The position numbers and the translations under genes were made by a program. Below the pieces are notes generated by a model, which was not told the DNA's origin, ran no database searches, and was given only the letters and a program-made list of their open reading frames with translations. This document shows, one piece after another, positions 55,899 through 64,000 of a stretch of DNA of 64,000 bases. Positions within the stretch are counted from its first letter, which is position 1. Each line of letters begins with the position of its first letter. Source of the stretch: Planctomycetota bacterium (GTDB lineage: Bacteria; Planctomycetota; Planctomycetia; Pirellulales; UBA1268); contig JAGWVR010000005.1 in NCBI GenBank assembly GCA_018970785.1, positions 6,067 through 70,066 of the forward strand, in the 5' to 3' direction.

Positions 55899-55947
55899 AC
55901 GGCCGCGTCATTCGCCACGGCGAGTGACGCGGCCGTTTCGCGTTCTT
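55899..55947 (+). terminator. Rho-independent terminator-like hairpin after tRNA-Glu
   Basis: A 17-18 bp GC-rich inverted repeat, ACGGCCGCGTCATTCGCC / GGCGAGTGACGCGGCCGT (55899-55936, one G-U pair), followed by TTTCGCGTTCTT. Confidence 0.6.
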
Positions 55948-56014
55948 GACCGGACCAGCGGTCGATCAGGTGGTCCACGGCCTGCTCGGCGCCGTCGCGC
56001 GGAGGAATCTCCCG

Positions 56015-56515
56015 TCACGGGACGACGGGCATGTCGGGGGCCGGCTGTGGGCTGGGCTTCGATCCTTCCTCGACGTGGATCTCGGCTGCGACCTTCTTCA
56101 CCGCCCGCTCGAGGTTTTCCCAGGCCCGGATCGCTTCCTCGCGAAGGTCGTTCCAGGCGTCGCTTGCCGGCTCCTCGAGATCCCCGAGTTTCTTTCTCAT
56201 CGCGCTGGCATCCGCCTCGAGGTGTTCGACCGTCTTGCTCCACTCGGCTCGGGCCTCGTCTGGAAGAGCAGCCACCCTCGCGGCGATCTCGGCGAGTTCC
56301 GACTCCACCTTCTCGAACCGTTCCGCGAGCGTCGCTCGGGAAGGGGCCTTCTCGGTCGCTGCCCGATCGTCGTTCGTCGGCGCGGGCGGTTCGGCACCCC
56401 CGTCGGCGGTGGGTGGGGCAGCCTTCTTCTCGGCCTGACCGGTACCGGTCGATCCGCACCCGCTCGCGACCACGAAGACGATGACGGCTGCCAGCAAATG
56501 GAGAACGTGTCCCAT
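56015..56515 (-). CDS. Lipoprotein with helical/coiled-coil body, function unknown
   Basis: Signal peptide plus lipobox (LLAAVIVFVVASGC), a Pro/Ala linker, then charged helical segments ('LAERFEKVESELAEIAARVAAL', 'LREEAIRAWENLERAVKKV'). Confidence 0.65.
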   Translation of the reverse strand: MGHVLHLLAAVIVFVVASGCGSTGTGQAEKKAAPPTADGGAEPPAPTNDDRAATEKAPSRATLAERFEKVESELAEIAARVAALPDEARAEWSKTVEHLEADASAMRKKLGDLEEPASDAWNDLREEAIRAWENLERAVKKVAAEIHVEEGSKPSPQPAPDMPVVP

Positions 56516-57016
56516 GATCTGTGCTCCCGGTGTCCGCTCGGTCACGGTGAATGCCGTCCCTGGAAGCGATGGGCCGAAGTCTTCCGATGCCGTCACGCGC
56601 GACGTTCGCGACGGGATCGACCCCCTGCGGCGATCGTAGGGTGACGACGGGCGGCGAGGCTCGCGGGCACGAACGGCCGGCGGAGCCGTTCGATCATCGG
56701 AGTGGACACCCGCAGCCGATGGGATCCCGGGGAGCGCACCGATGACGGCCCAAAGGCTGCTGGTGTTGGCGGTCGCCGTGTGGCTGACGGCCATGACTGC
56801 ATCCGACACGGTCGTCGCCCAGACCGGTCGTCCTGCTCCACTCGGCAACGACCGGACGATCTCCGTCGGCCGCCGGGAGGTCGCCACGGTCGAGTCCGAC
56901 GGCGGGCCCGTCGATCATCGAGGCGATCTGCCGCCGCCGACTGCCGCACCGGTCCGCTTCTCGGATCCACGAAGCGCCTCGACCGAATCGACAAGCGCGT
57001 TCATGGTGGCAATGAA

Positions 57017-58120
57017 TCAGACCCGGCGCGGCACTCGCGTGCGGCGCCGTTCGAGGAACGCGAGGGCTCCGCCGACGAGCGACGCCACCGGGATGAACCC
57101 CTGCGGATCGATCTCGGGCACGGGCGTGCCGCCGGCCGGACCCGCGAGGCGGAATCCGGTGATCCCGTTCTGCACGTCGGGAAACGGCTGGCCGCGGGCA
57201 CCCGACGAGATCGTGAAGGCGGTGCTGCCGATGCTGCCGCCCCGCTGACCCTTGCTGACGCTGGCGGCTCCCGTCAGGTCGTTGAGCTCGAAGACATTGC
57301 CACTCATGTCGAAGGTGCCGTAGGCGCTCGCGCTGCTGGAGTAGGCGCCGACGTCGCTGAGGTAATTCTGCGTGGGTGACTGGATCCCCGACTGGGTCAC
57401 CGAATACTTGCCGGCGACCATGTAGTTGGCCTGGTTGGCCTGACTCCCGAGGGCGTTGCCAGGGGCGGAATCGCTCTGCGTCCCGTAGGTCCAGTAGCCG
57501 GCATTCGTGCTGCCCCCCTTGTAATACGCGGCCTTGTACCACTGGTCTTCCGTGGGAAGGTAGTACTGGGCGCCGGGGTTCCGTGCCGGAGCGATGCCGG
57601 TGGTGGCGCCGGCGAGCGTGTAGGCACCCGTCTCGGTGCTGCCCGTGCCCTGGCCGTTTTGCATCCAGTTGGCGAAGCGCGCCGCGTCGAACCAGCTCAC
57701 GTAGGTGATCGGCCGGTTCGCCGGGCTCGAGGCGCCCGTCGGCGTGACGCCGGCCGGGCCGGTGACGGTGTAGGCATACGCCCCCGAAATCCCGGTGCGC
57801 GCGATACCGGCGATGTTTTGGTTGGTTTCCATCTCGATCGTCCACAATCCGTAGGGGTCGGACTTGGCGGCCGCGTTGAGGAACTCTGTGTACTGCCCGA
57901 TCGTGACCTCGTGTTTCATGATCCGGTACGACTCGGCGACGGCCCCGAAGGTCATCGCCGTGCCGCCGTAGGTCAGCGTCTGCCCGGCGTTTCCAGCGTC
58001 TCCCACCGAGGCCCAGTCGAGCGTGACCGCCGGCGACGTCGCCGGGAGAAGGGCCAGGCTGACCGCGGCCGACGCCGCAGCGAGAACCAGTCGGTGGGCG
58101 ATGCGGGTGAAGCTACGCAT
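57017..58120 (-). CDS. FGE-sulfatase (SUMF1-like) domain protein with PEP-CTERM-like C-terminal sorting tail
   Basis: Signal peptide. 'YRIMKHEVTIGQYTEFLN', 'PITYVSWFDAARFANW' and 'RGGS' are typical of the FGE-sulfatase domain. Tail 'VPEIDPQGFIPVASLVGGALAFLERRRTR' gives PEP-like motif, TM and Arg cluster. Confidence 0.75.
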   Translation of the reverse strand: MRSFTRIAHRLVLAAASAAVSLALLPATSPAVTLDWASVGDAGNAGQTLTYGGTAMTFGAVAESYRIMKHEVTIGQYTEFLNAAAKSDPYGLWTIEMETNQNIAGIARTGISGAYAYTVTGPAGVTPTGASSPANRPITYVSWFDAARFANWMQNGQGTGSTETGAYTLAGATTGIAPARNPGAQYYLPTEDQWYKAAYYKGGSTNAGYWTYGTQSDSAPGNALGSQANQANYMVAGKYSVTQSGIQSPTQNYLSDVGAYSSSASAYGTFDMSGNVFELNDLTGAASVSKGQRGGSIGSTAFTISSGARGQPFPDVQNGITGFRLAGPAGGTPVPEIDPQGFIPVASLVGGALAFLERRRTRVPRRV

Positions 58121-58396
58121 GGTTCGGTTTCCGGTTGGCGGGGATTCCCACGGCGTCACCACGCCGCAGTGGTGGACTACCTACGCAAATCTGATGCCAA
58201 GAGCTGCAGCCACTGTCTGTCCCAGCCCAACCAAACGTTTTTATGCGTGATCCACCTCCGCGGTGGGGTATGTGTGCGCCTCCAGGGGACTCAGGCTGGG
58301 GCAGGGAACACCACCTCGTGGAGCGATCTGCACCAGCGGCCGGTGGCTCTCGCGGGCGGTATGTGGCCGGTGCGGGGGCTTGTCGCCGCACCGGTG

Positions 58397-59287
58397 TCAG
58401 CGCGGAGGGCGGGCCCTGCCTCCGCGGAGCCAATGGAGTGCCACGAGCAGGCAGGGCGCGATCACGAGCACCGCTCCCGTCACGAGCAGTCCGGCGCTGG
58501 CCGGCTCGGCGTCGGTCCGCGACCGTCCCGAGAAGGTCTGGACCAGCGAGTAGACGAGCACCAGTCCCGTGCCGGCGGTGGCCAGGCCGACAGCCAGCGC
58601 GCGTGTCCGTGGCGTCAGCCCCGCACGCCGTGCTCCCCAAGCCAGCGCCGGCAGCCACTGCAGCGCGTGGATCACGCTCCCGTGGGGAAACTTCGGCACC
58701 CCGGCCGCGCCATAGCGTTCCGGCTCGAGCCCGGCGGCGGCGCGGAGGTCGCCGTGGACGCTCACCCAGATCCCCAGCGCGCAGGAGACGACGAGAAACA
58801 GCATCCCCGCGCGGGCGGCCAGGCGCGCGTCGGGCTCGAGATCGACCGGTTGGAGGAACAGCCGGATGCAGAGATCGACCGCGACGGCGGTCACGAACAG
58901 GATCAGGACCCCCATCGCGTCGTAGAGGATCGAGTCGAGCGGCGTGGCGCGGTTGAAGTGGCTCGCCACGCCGCGCCAGCGCTGCAGGTCGATGAGGCCC
59001 ACTTCCACCACGAGCGCTCCGGCGGTGAGGGCAGCCAGCACGGCATCGCCGCGCCGCCAGGGGAGCTTCGACCAGACCCAGCCGAGCGACAGGCTCGTGA
59101 GGCCGCCGGAGATCCCGAACAGGATCGGCTTCCGCCAGGTCACCGCGCCTTCCCAGGGCCCGCCGAGCGCTCCCCAGACGGCCAGATGCACCAGGCCGCT
59201 GGCAACGAGCACGCCGCCCCACGTGGCCAGCGCCCGCGCCCGCGGCTCGCGCCACCAGGCCGGCTCGGAGTCGGGGGGCGGCGTCAT
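58397..59287 (-). CDS. Hypothetical polytopic membrane protein
   Basis: Eight predicted TM helices and GC3-rich codons. No recognisable family. Confidence 0.6.
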   Translation of the reverse strand: MTPPPDSEPAWWREPRARALATWGGVLVASGLVHLAVWGALGGPWEGAVTWRKPILFGISGGLTSLSLGWVWSKLPWRRGDAVLAALTAGALVVEVGLIDLQRWRGVASHFNRATPLDSILYDAMGVLILFVTAVAVDLCIRLFLQPVDLEPDARLAARAGMLFLVVSCALGIWVSVHGDLRAAAGLEPERYGAAGVPKFPHGSVIHALQWLPALAWGARRAGLTPRTRALAVGLATAGTGLVLVYSLVQTFSGRSRTDAEPASAGLLVTGAVLVIAPCLLVALHWLRGGRARPPR

Positions 59288-59510
59288 GGGAACGGCAGGC
59301 GCCGCCGACGGGAGGATCAGGTTTCGTGGAACTCGATTTCGATCGGGCGCTGCTGCTCGCCGCTGACCGGATCGGCGGTGAGCAGAACGACGTCGGAATG
59401 GTAGAGGCGGATCCTCGATCGCGTCGACCTCGGCCTCTCAGGCCCGCCCCTTTTCGCACCGCCCCGGAGCGGGTGAACTGTCTCCCGCGACCCCGCCACG
59501 GAAACCGCGC

Positions 59511-60380
59511 ATGCTCCACACACGACTGGTCGCCGGCGACGGCGTGCGGCTGGCGCTGGCCGAAACCGGGACCGACGCCGCGCGGGCGATCCTTTTCCTG
59601 CACGGTGTCGGCCGACGGTTCGGATCGTTCGCACCGCTCCTGCCGCACGTCCTGCCGGGGTGGCGGATCGCCGGACTCGACCACCGCGGCCACGGGGCCT
59701 CCGACCGGGCCGCCGACGGCTACCGGGTCGTCGACTACGCAGCCGACACCGTCGCCGTCGTCAGCCATGAGCTCCCGGGGCCCGTGATCCTCCATGGCCA
59801 TTCGCTCGGGGCGCTGGTCGCCCTCGCCACCGCCGCGGCCGCGCCCGAGCGCGTCGCCGCCGTCGTCCTCGAGGATCCCCCCGGCCCGTCGTTCGTCAGG
59901 GACATCGCCCACACCGGCTACCACGACCTCTTCGCGCTGTTCCGGGAGCACGCCGGCAGCCGGCTCCCCGTGGCGGCACTGGCCCATGAGTTGGCCGAGG
60001 CACGGTTGCCGCCCCCCGGCGGTGGAGCGCCGCGGCGGCTCGGCGACGTCCGCGACGCCGCCGGCCTCCGCTTCACGGCGCGGTGCCTCGCCGACGTCGA
60101 CCCACGCGTGTTCGCACCGCTGTTCGACGGCTCGTGGCTCGCGGGGCTGCCCTGGGAGGCGACGCTCGCCGCGGTCCGCTGCCCCGTGCTCCTCCTCCGC
60201 GCCGACATCGCGCTGGGAGGTATGCTGCCCGCCGACGATGCCGAGGTGCTCGAGCGGCACGTCGGCGACCTGACCCGGATCGAGTGCCGCGGCGTCGGCC
60301 ACACGATCCACGGACAGGCGCCGGAATTGCTCGCACGGTTCCTGCTGCCGTTCCTCGAGTCTCTCGACGACGGCGGCTGA
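59511..60380 (+). CDS. Alpha/beta hydrolase
   Basis: 'ILFLHGVGRRFGSF' and the nucleophile elbow 'LHGHSLGALVA'. C-terminal 'GHTIHGQAPE' supplies the catalytic His context. Confidence 0.85.
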   Translation: MLHTRLVAGDGVRLALAETGTDAARAILFLHGVGRRFGSFAPLLPHVLPGWRIAGLDHRGHGASDRAADGYRVVDYAADTVAVVSHELPGPVILHGHSLGALVALATAAAAPERVAAVVLEDPPGPSFVRDIAHTGYHDLFALFREHAGSRLPVAALAHELAEARLPPPGGGAPRRLGDVRDAAGLRFTARCLADVDPRVFAPLFDGSWLAGLPWEATLAAVRCPVLLLRADIALGGMLPADDAEVLERHVGDLTRIECRGVGHTIHGQAPELLARFLLPFLESLDDGG

Positions 60381-60421
60381 CGGTGGCGACGGGGGGACGG
60401 GCTGGCGCGGAGGAGTGAGCC

Positions 60422-61699
60422 ATGCACGCGGCCACGGGCTCGACGGTGATCACGGCCGACCGGCTGTTCGACGGCACGGGGAAGCCGCCGCTCGCCGCGG
60501 CAACGCTGATCATCGACGAGGGCACGATCGCCTACGCCGGCAGCGCCGCCGCCGCACCGCTCCGCCCTGGGGCGCGGCGGATCGACGCCCCCGGCTGCAC
60601 GCTCCTTCCCGGCCTCGTCGAGGCCCACTTCCATCCCACCTACTTCAACGTCGCGGCCCTCGAGGACCTCGACATCAAGTACCCGGTCGAATACGTCACG
60701 CTCCTCGCCGCCGCCAACGCCCGGCTCGCGCTGGAATGCGGCTACACCGCGGCGCGGAGCGGGGGGAGCCTGTTCAACATCGACGTCTGGCTGAAGAAGG
60801 CCATCGAGGCAGGGATCACGCCGGGGCCGCGCCTCGCCGCCAGCGGCCGCGAGATCTGCGGCGTCGGCGGGCTGATGGACTGGAACCCCGACTACCGCAA
60901 GATCGGCATGGAGGGGCTCGTGCTCCTGGTCAACGGGCCCGACGAGGCGCGGGCCGCGGTCCGCAAGCTCGTCAAGGACGGCGTCGAGTGGGTGAAGACC
61001 TACCCCACCGGTGACGCCGCCGCCCCCGACACCAACGACCACCACACGCTGTGCATGACGTTCGAGGAAATGCACGCCGTGGTCACCACCGCCCACAACC
61101 ACTCGCTCAAGGTCACCGGCCATTGCCGGGCGACGGTGGGGATCGTCAACGCCCTCCGCGCCGGCTACGACGCGATCGAGCACGGCACGTTCATCGACGA
61201 CGAGGGGCTCGATCTGCTGCTGGCGCGCGACGTGCCGTGCGTGCCGGCGCTGTATTTCGAGCATGCGAGCATCGAGCGGGGGCGCGAGTTCGGCCTCTCG
61301 CAGCGTGTCATCGACGGCCATCAGGAGACGCTCGACGGCGGCGCCGAGAGCGCCCGGCGGATCCTCCGCGCCGGCGGCCGGCTGGGGATGGGGGGCGACT
61401 ACGGCTTCGCCTGGAATCCCCACGGCGACTACGCGCGCGAGTTGACGTTCTTCGTCGAGCACGTCGGGTTCACGCCGCTCGAGGTCCTCACCTGCGCCAC
61501 GAAGACCGGAGCCGAGATCATGGGGCGCGGCGCCGACCTCGGCACGCTCGAGGCGGGAAAGCTCGCCGACGTCCTCGTCGTCGAGGGGGACCCGACGACC
61601 GACATCCGGATCCTCGAGGACCGGCGCCGGTTCCGGGCCGTGATCCAAGGGGGGGCGATCAAGGCGGGGAGGCTCGCCACCGGGGGGGCGGGATCGTGA
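60422..61699 (+). CDS. Metal-dependent amidohydrolase
   Basis: 'CTLLPGLVEAHFHP' (HxH metal site), 'VTGHC', 'AIEHGTF' and 'GGDYGF'. C-terminal 'GTLEAGKLADVLVVEGDP' is typical of amidohydrolase_1 enzymes. Confidence 0.85.
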   Translation: MHAATGSTVITADRLFDGTGKPPLAAATLIIDEGTIAYAGSAAAAPLRPGARRIDAPGCTLLPGLVEAHFHPTYFNVAALEDLDIKYPVEYVTLLAAANARLALECGYTAARSGGSLFNIDVWLKKAIEAGITPGPRLAASGREICGVGGLMDWNPDYRKIGMEGLVLLVNGPDEARAAVRKLVKDGVEWVKTYPTGDAAAPDTNDHHTLCMTFEEMHAVVTTAHNHSLKVTGHCRATVGIVNALRAGYDAIEHGTFIDDEGLDLLLARDVPCVPALYFEHASIERGREFGLSQRVIDGHQETLDGGAESARRILRAGGRLGMGGDYGFAWNPHGDYARELTFFVEHVGFTPLEVLTCATKTGAEIMGRGADLGTLEAGKLADVLVVEGDPTTDIRILEDRRRFRAVIQGGAIKAGRLATGGAGS

Positions 61700-64000
61700 C
61701 GAGGATCGTGGGGTGCGTCCTTGTGCTCGTGGCGCTGGCCGCGATGCCGGCCCGGGGCGCCGAGCCGACGCACAGGGTCGGCCTGGCGACGGTCGGGATC
61801 ACGCCGCCGTATCCGGTCCGTCTCAGCGGCTTCGGCAGCCGCTCGCGCGAGTCGCAGGGAGTGCGGCTGCCGATCCACGCCCGGGCCTTGGCGATCGGGC
61901 CGCTCGGTCGCGAACCCACCGCGGGCCCCGAGCCGCGCGGCGACGGCTGCGTGGTCATGATCGTCGTCGAGACGCTCGGCATCCCCGCCGGGATCACCGA
62001 ACGGCTCGCGGCGCGGCTCGCAACGCGTGGGATCGCGCGTGAGAACCTCGCGCTGTGCGCCACCCACACCCACTCGGCGCCGATGGTCCGCGACTGTGCC
62101 CCGACGCTGTTCGGGAAGCCGATCCCGGCCGCGGAGTGGGGGCGGATCCTCGCCCACACCGCCGACCTCGAGGCGAAGCTCGAGGAGGTGGCACTGGCGG
62201 CGCTCGCCGACCTCGAGCCGGCCACGCTCGGCCATGCCACCGGCCGACTCGGGTTCGCTTTCAACCGCCGCACCCCCGGCGGACCGGTCGACCACGACCT
62301 GCCGCTGCTGGTCGTCCGCGCGCCCGACGGGGCCCTGCGCGGGCTGTTTTCCACCTACGCCTGCCACGCCGTCACCCTCTCCGACGACCTCGTCAGCGGC
62401 GATTGGGTGGGCTACGCGATGCACCACCTCGAGCGCCGCCATCCCGGGTGCACGGCGCTTGTCTCGATCGGTTGCGGGGCCGATGCCAATCCGCGCGGCG
62501 GCGTCCTCGGCGGCGCCACCGAAGCCGCCGACCTCCTCGGCCGCGAATACGCCGACGAGATCGATCGCCTCCTCGCCGGTGCGGTGAGGCCGATCACGGC
62601 GCTTCCCGTGGGCCGGCTCGACCGGGTGGCGCTGGCGCTGGCGCCGCTGCCGTCGCGCGCCGAGTGGGAAAGCCGGGCAGGGCAGGGGGGGGCGGTCGGC
62701 CACCATGCCCGCACGCAGCTCGAGCGCCTCGACCGCGGCGAGGCGCTGGCGACGACGATCGACCACCCGGTGCAGTCGATCGCGTTCGGCGCCGAGCTGG
62801 CGTGGGTGTTTCTCGCCGGCGAGGTCGTCGTCGACTATGCCACGCGGCTGAAGCAGCAGCTCGACGGGGGCCGGGTCTGGCTCCACGCCTACGCCAACGC
62901 CTGCCCGGGGTATGTGCCCTCGGAACGGATCCTCCGCGAAGGAGGCTACGAGGGGGGCGGGGCGATGATCTATTACGACATCCCCGGCCCCTACGCGGTC
63001 GGCCTCGAGGAGAAGCTCGTCGGCGCCGTGACGGGCCAGCTCGCGGCGCGGTTTGCCGACGGCCGGGGCGCCGTCGGGCCCGCCCTCGAGTCGTTCCGGG
63101 TCGCCCCCGGGTTCCGCGTCGAACTGGTCGCGGCGGAGCCGATGGTGCACAGCCCCGTGGCGGTGGCCTTCGGCCCCGATCGGCGGACCTGGGTCGCGGA
63201 GATGATCGACTACCCGTCGGGGCTGCCCGACGGCCGGCCGGCGGGGCGGGTGCGCTGCCTCCACGACGACGACGGCGACGGGCGCCCCGACCGGGCGACG
63301 ACGTTCCTCGACGGGATCCCCTTTCCCACGGGCGTCACGCCATGGCGCGACGGCCTACTCGTCTGCGCCGCCCCCGACATCCTCCTGGCCCGCGACGGCG
63401 ATGGCGACGGCCACGCCGATGCCGTCGAGCCGCTGTTCACCGGGTTCGCGACCCACAATGCCCAGGCACGCGTCAATGGCCTCGAAGCGGGGCTCGACGG
63501 CTGGCTCGAGGGCGCCTGTGGGCTGTTCGGCGGCCGGATCACGAGCGTCCGCACTGGCGACGTCGTCGATCTCGGCGGCCGCGACTTCCGCATCGACCCC
63601 GACCGCGGGTTGCTCGAACCGCTCGTCGGGGCGTCGCAGCAGGGGCGCGTGCGCGACGACGAGGGGAACTGGTTCGGCTGCCACAGCGGCGCCCTGGCGA
63701 TCCATTTCCCGCTGCGGCACGAGTGGCTGCGGCGCAATCCGCTCGTCGCCGCGCGACGGCTCGCCGTGCCGATCGCCGCCGAGCCGGGGCCGGGGGATCT
63801 GTTTCCGGTGTCGCAACCGGAGCTGTTCGCCCTCTCGGGGCCGGTCGGGCGGCCGACGGCGGCCTGCGGGCTGGCCGTCTACCGCGACGACCTCCTCGGC
63901 GCCGATGGCACGCCCTTCACCGGCGACCTGTTCACCTGCGAGCCCGCCCAGAACCTCGTCCATCATCAGCGGCCGGCCGTCCGGGGAGCGTCGTTCACCG
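61696..64000 (+). CDS. Fusion protein (3' partial): neutral-ceramidase-like hydrolase domain plus PVC-type membrane-bound dehydrogenase (beta-propeller) domain
   Basis: GTG start overlaps the upstream stop (GTGA). Signal peptide VTRIVGCVLVLVALAAMPARG. 'LCATHTHSAP' and 'LVSIGCGADANP' are ceramidase-like. From about 63100, 'FRVELVAAEPMVHSPVAVAFGPDRRTWVAEMIDYP..DDDGDGRPD' matches the PVC dehydrogenase domain. I translated 62041-63460 by hand and found no stop. The ORF is absent from the track because it runs off the window. Confidence 0.75.
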   Translation, partial: MTRIVGCVLVLVALAAMPARGAEPTHRVGLATVGITPPYPVRLSGFGSRSRESQGVRLPIHARALAIGPLGREPTAGPEPRGDGCVVMIVVETLGIPAGITERLAARLATRGIARENLALCATHTHSAPMVRDCAPTLFGKPIPAAEWGRILAHTADLEAKLEEVALAALADLEPATLGHATGRLGFAFNRRTPGGPVDHDLPLLVVRAPDGALRGLFSTYACHAVTLSDDLVSGDWVGYAMHHLERRHPGCTALVSIGCGADANPRGGVLGGATEAADLLGREYADEIDRLLAGAVRPITALPVGRLDRVALALAPLPSRAEWESRAGQGGAVGHHARTQLERLDRGEALATTIDHPVQSIAFGAELAWVFLAGEVVVDYATRLKQQLDGGRVWLHAYANACPGYVPSERILREGGYEGGGAMIYYDIPGPYAVGLEEKLVGAVTGQLAARFADGRGAVGPALESFRVAPGFRVELVAAEPMVHSPVAVAFGPDRRTWVAEMIDYPSGLPDGRPAGRVRCLHDDDGDGRPDRATTFLDGIPFPTGVTPWRDGLLVCAAPDILLARDGDGDGHADAVEPLFTGFATHNAQARVNGLEAGLDGWLEGACGLFGGRITSVRTGDVVDLGGRDFRIDPDRGLLEPLVGASQQGRVRDDEGNWFGCHSGALAIHFPLRHEWLRRNPLVAARRLAVPIAAEPGPGDLFPVSQPELFALSGPVGRPTAACGLAVYRDDLLGADGTPFTGDLFTCEPAQNLVHHQRPAVRGASFT

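Noticed and set aside
56742-57248. 168-aa plus-strand ORF with a convincing-looking signal peptide (MTAQRLLVLAVAVWLTAMTASDTVVAQ) in the 500-nt gap before the FGE gene.
   Set aside because: Its last roughly 230 nt overlap the 3' end of the FGE/PEP-CTERM gene on the opposite strand, and the remainder is low complexity. It could be a short real gene or a gene remnant, but I cannot support it without expression or conservation data.
55881-61700. Possible genomic island integrated at tRNA-Glu.
   Set aside because: I saw no integrase, recombinase or transposase, no repeat of the tRNA 3' end by eye, and no obvious compositional shift. The genes look like ordinary accessory envelope and hydrolase genes.

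Overview
Gene-dense, very GC-rich segment (about 70% G+C by eye, strong GC3 codon bias). I saw no rRNA, CRISPR array, transposase or integrase. Several motifs point to a Planctomycetota (PVC) chromosome: a split cytochrome b with a giant multihaem partner, a PVC-type membrane-bound dehydrogenase domain, an N-terminal 'LEPR' motif and a PEP-CTERM-like tail. All homology calls were made by eye from the supplied translations; no searches were run.

Layout:
1. 0-18.6 kb: one co-directional respiratory array. It holds Rieske, split cytochrome b, a 1510-aa octahaem cytochrome c, two tandem amicyanin-like cupredoxins, a dihaem cytochrome c, aa3-type oxidase CtaC/D/E/IV, and CtaA, CtaB, SCO1 and DUF420.
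2. 18.7-21.5 kb: three translationally coupled unknown envelope proteins.
3. 21.6-23.9 kb: mdh, an esterase-like protein apparently lacking its catalytic residues, and a stand-alone HATPase protein.
4. 24.0-28.6 kb: a flagellar-type type III export-gate cluster (FliF/O/P/Q/R plus a C-terminally truncated FlhB).
5. 28.6-36.3 kb: sulfotransferase, CxxS thioredoxin-like lipoprotein, TPR proteins and an internally duplicated ABC-2 permease.
6. 36.5-42.6 kb: DUF3467, then three HlyD-type adaptor proteins. One is fused to tandem GAF domains and one to an intact M50 metalloprotease, and no pump or outer-membrane channel gene is nearby. This is the best candidate for an undescribed system.
7. 42.6-64 kb: MOSC protein, an inverse-autotransporter-like beta-helix protein, an S8 protease, an MCP, HAD, IlvA, a trypsin-like protease, cyclophilin, a Ser/Thr kinase, tRNA-Glu(CUC), an FGE-domain PEP-CTERM protein, hydrolases, and a ceramidase-like::PVC-dehydrogenase fusion that runs off the window.

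Many long ORFs in the track are antisense or out-of-frame shadows typical of high-GC DNA and were rejected.
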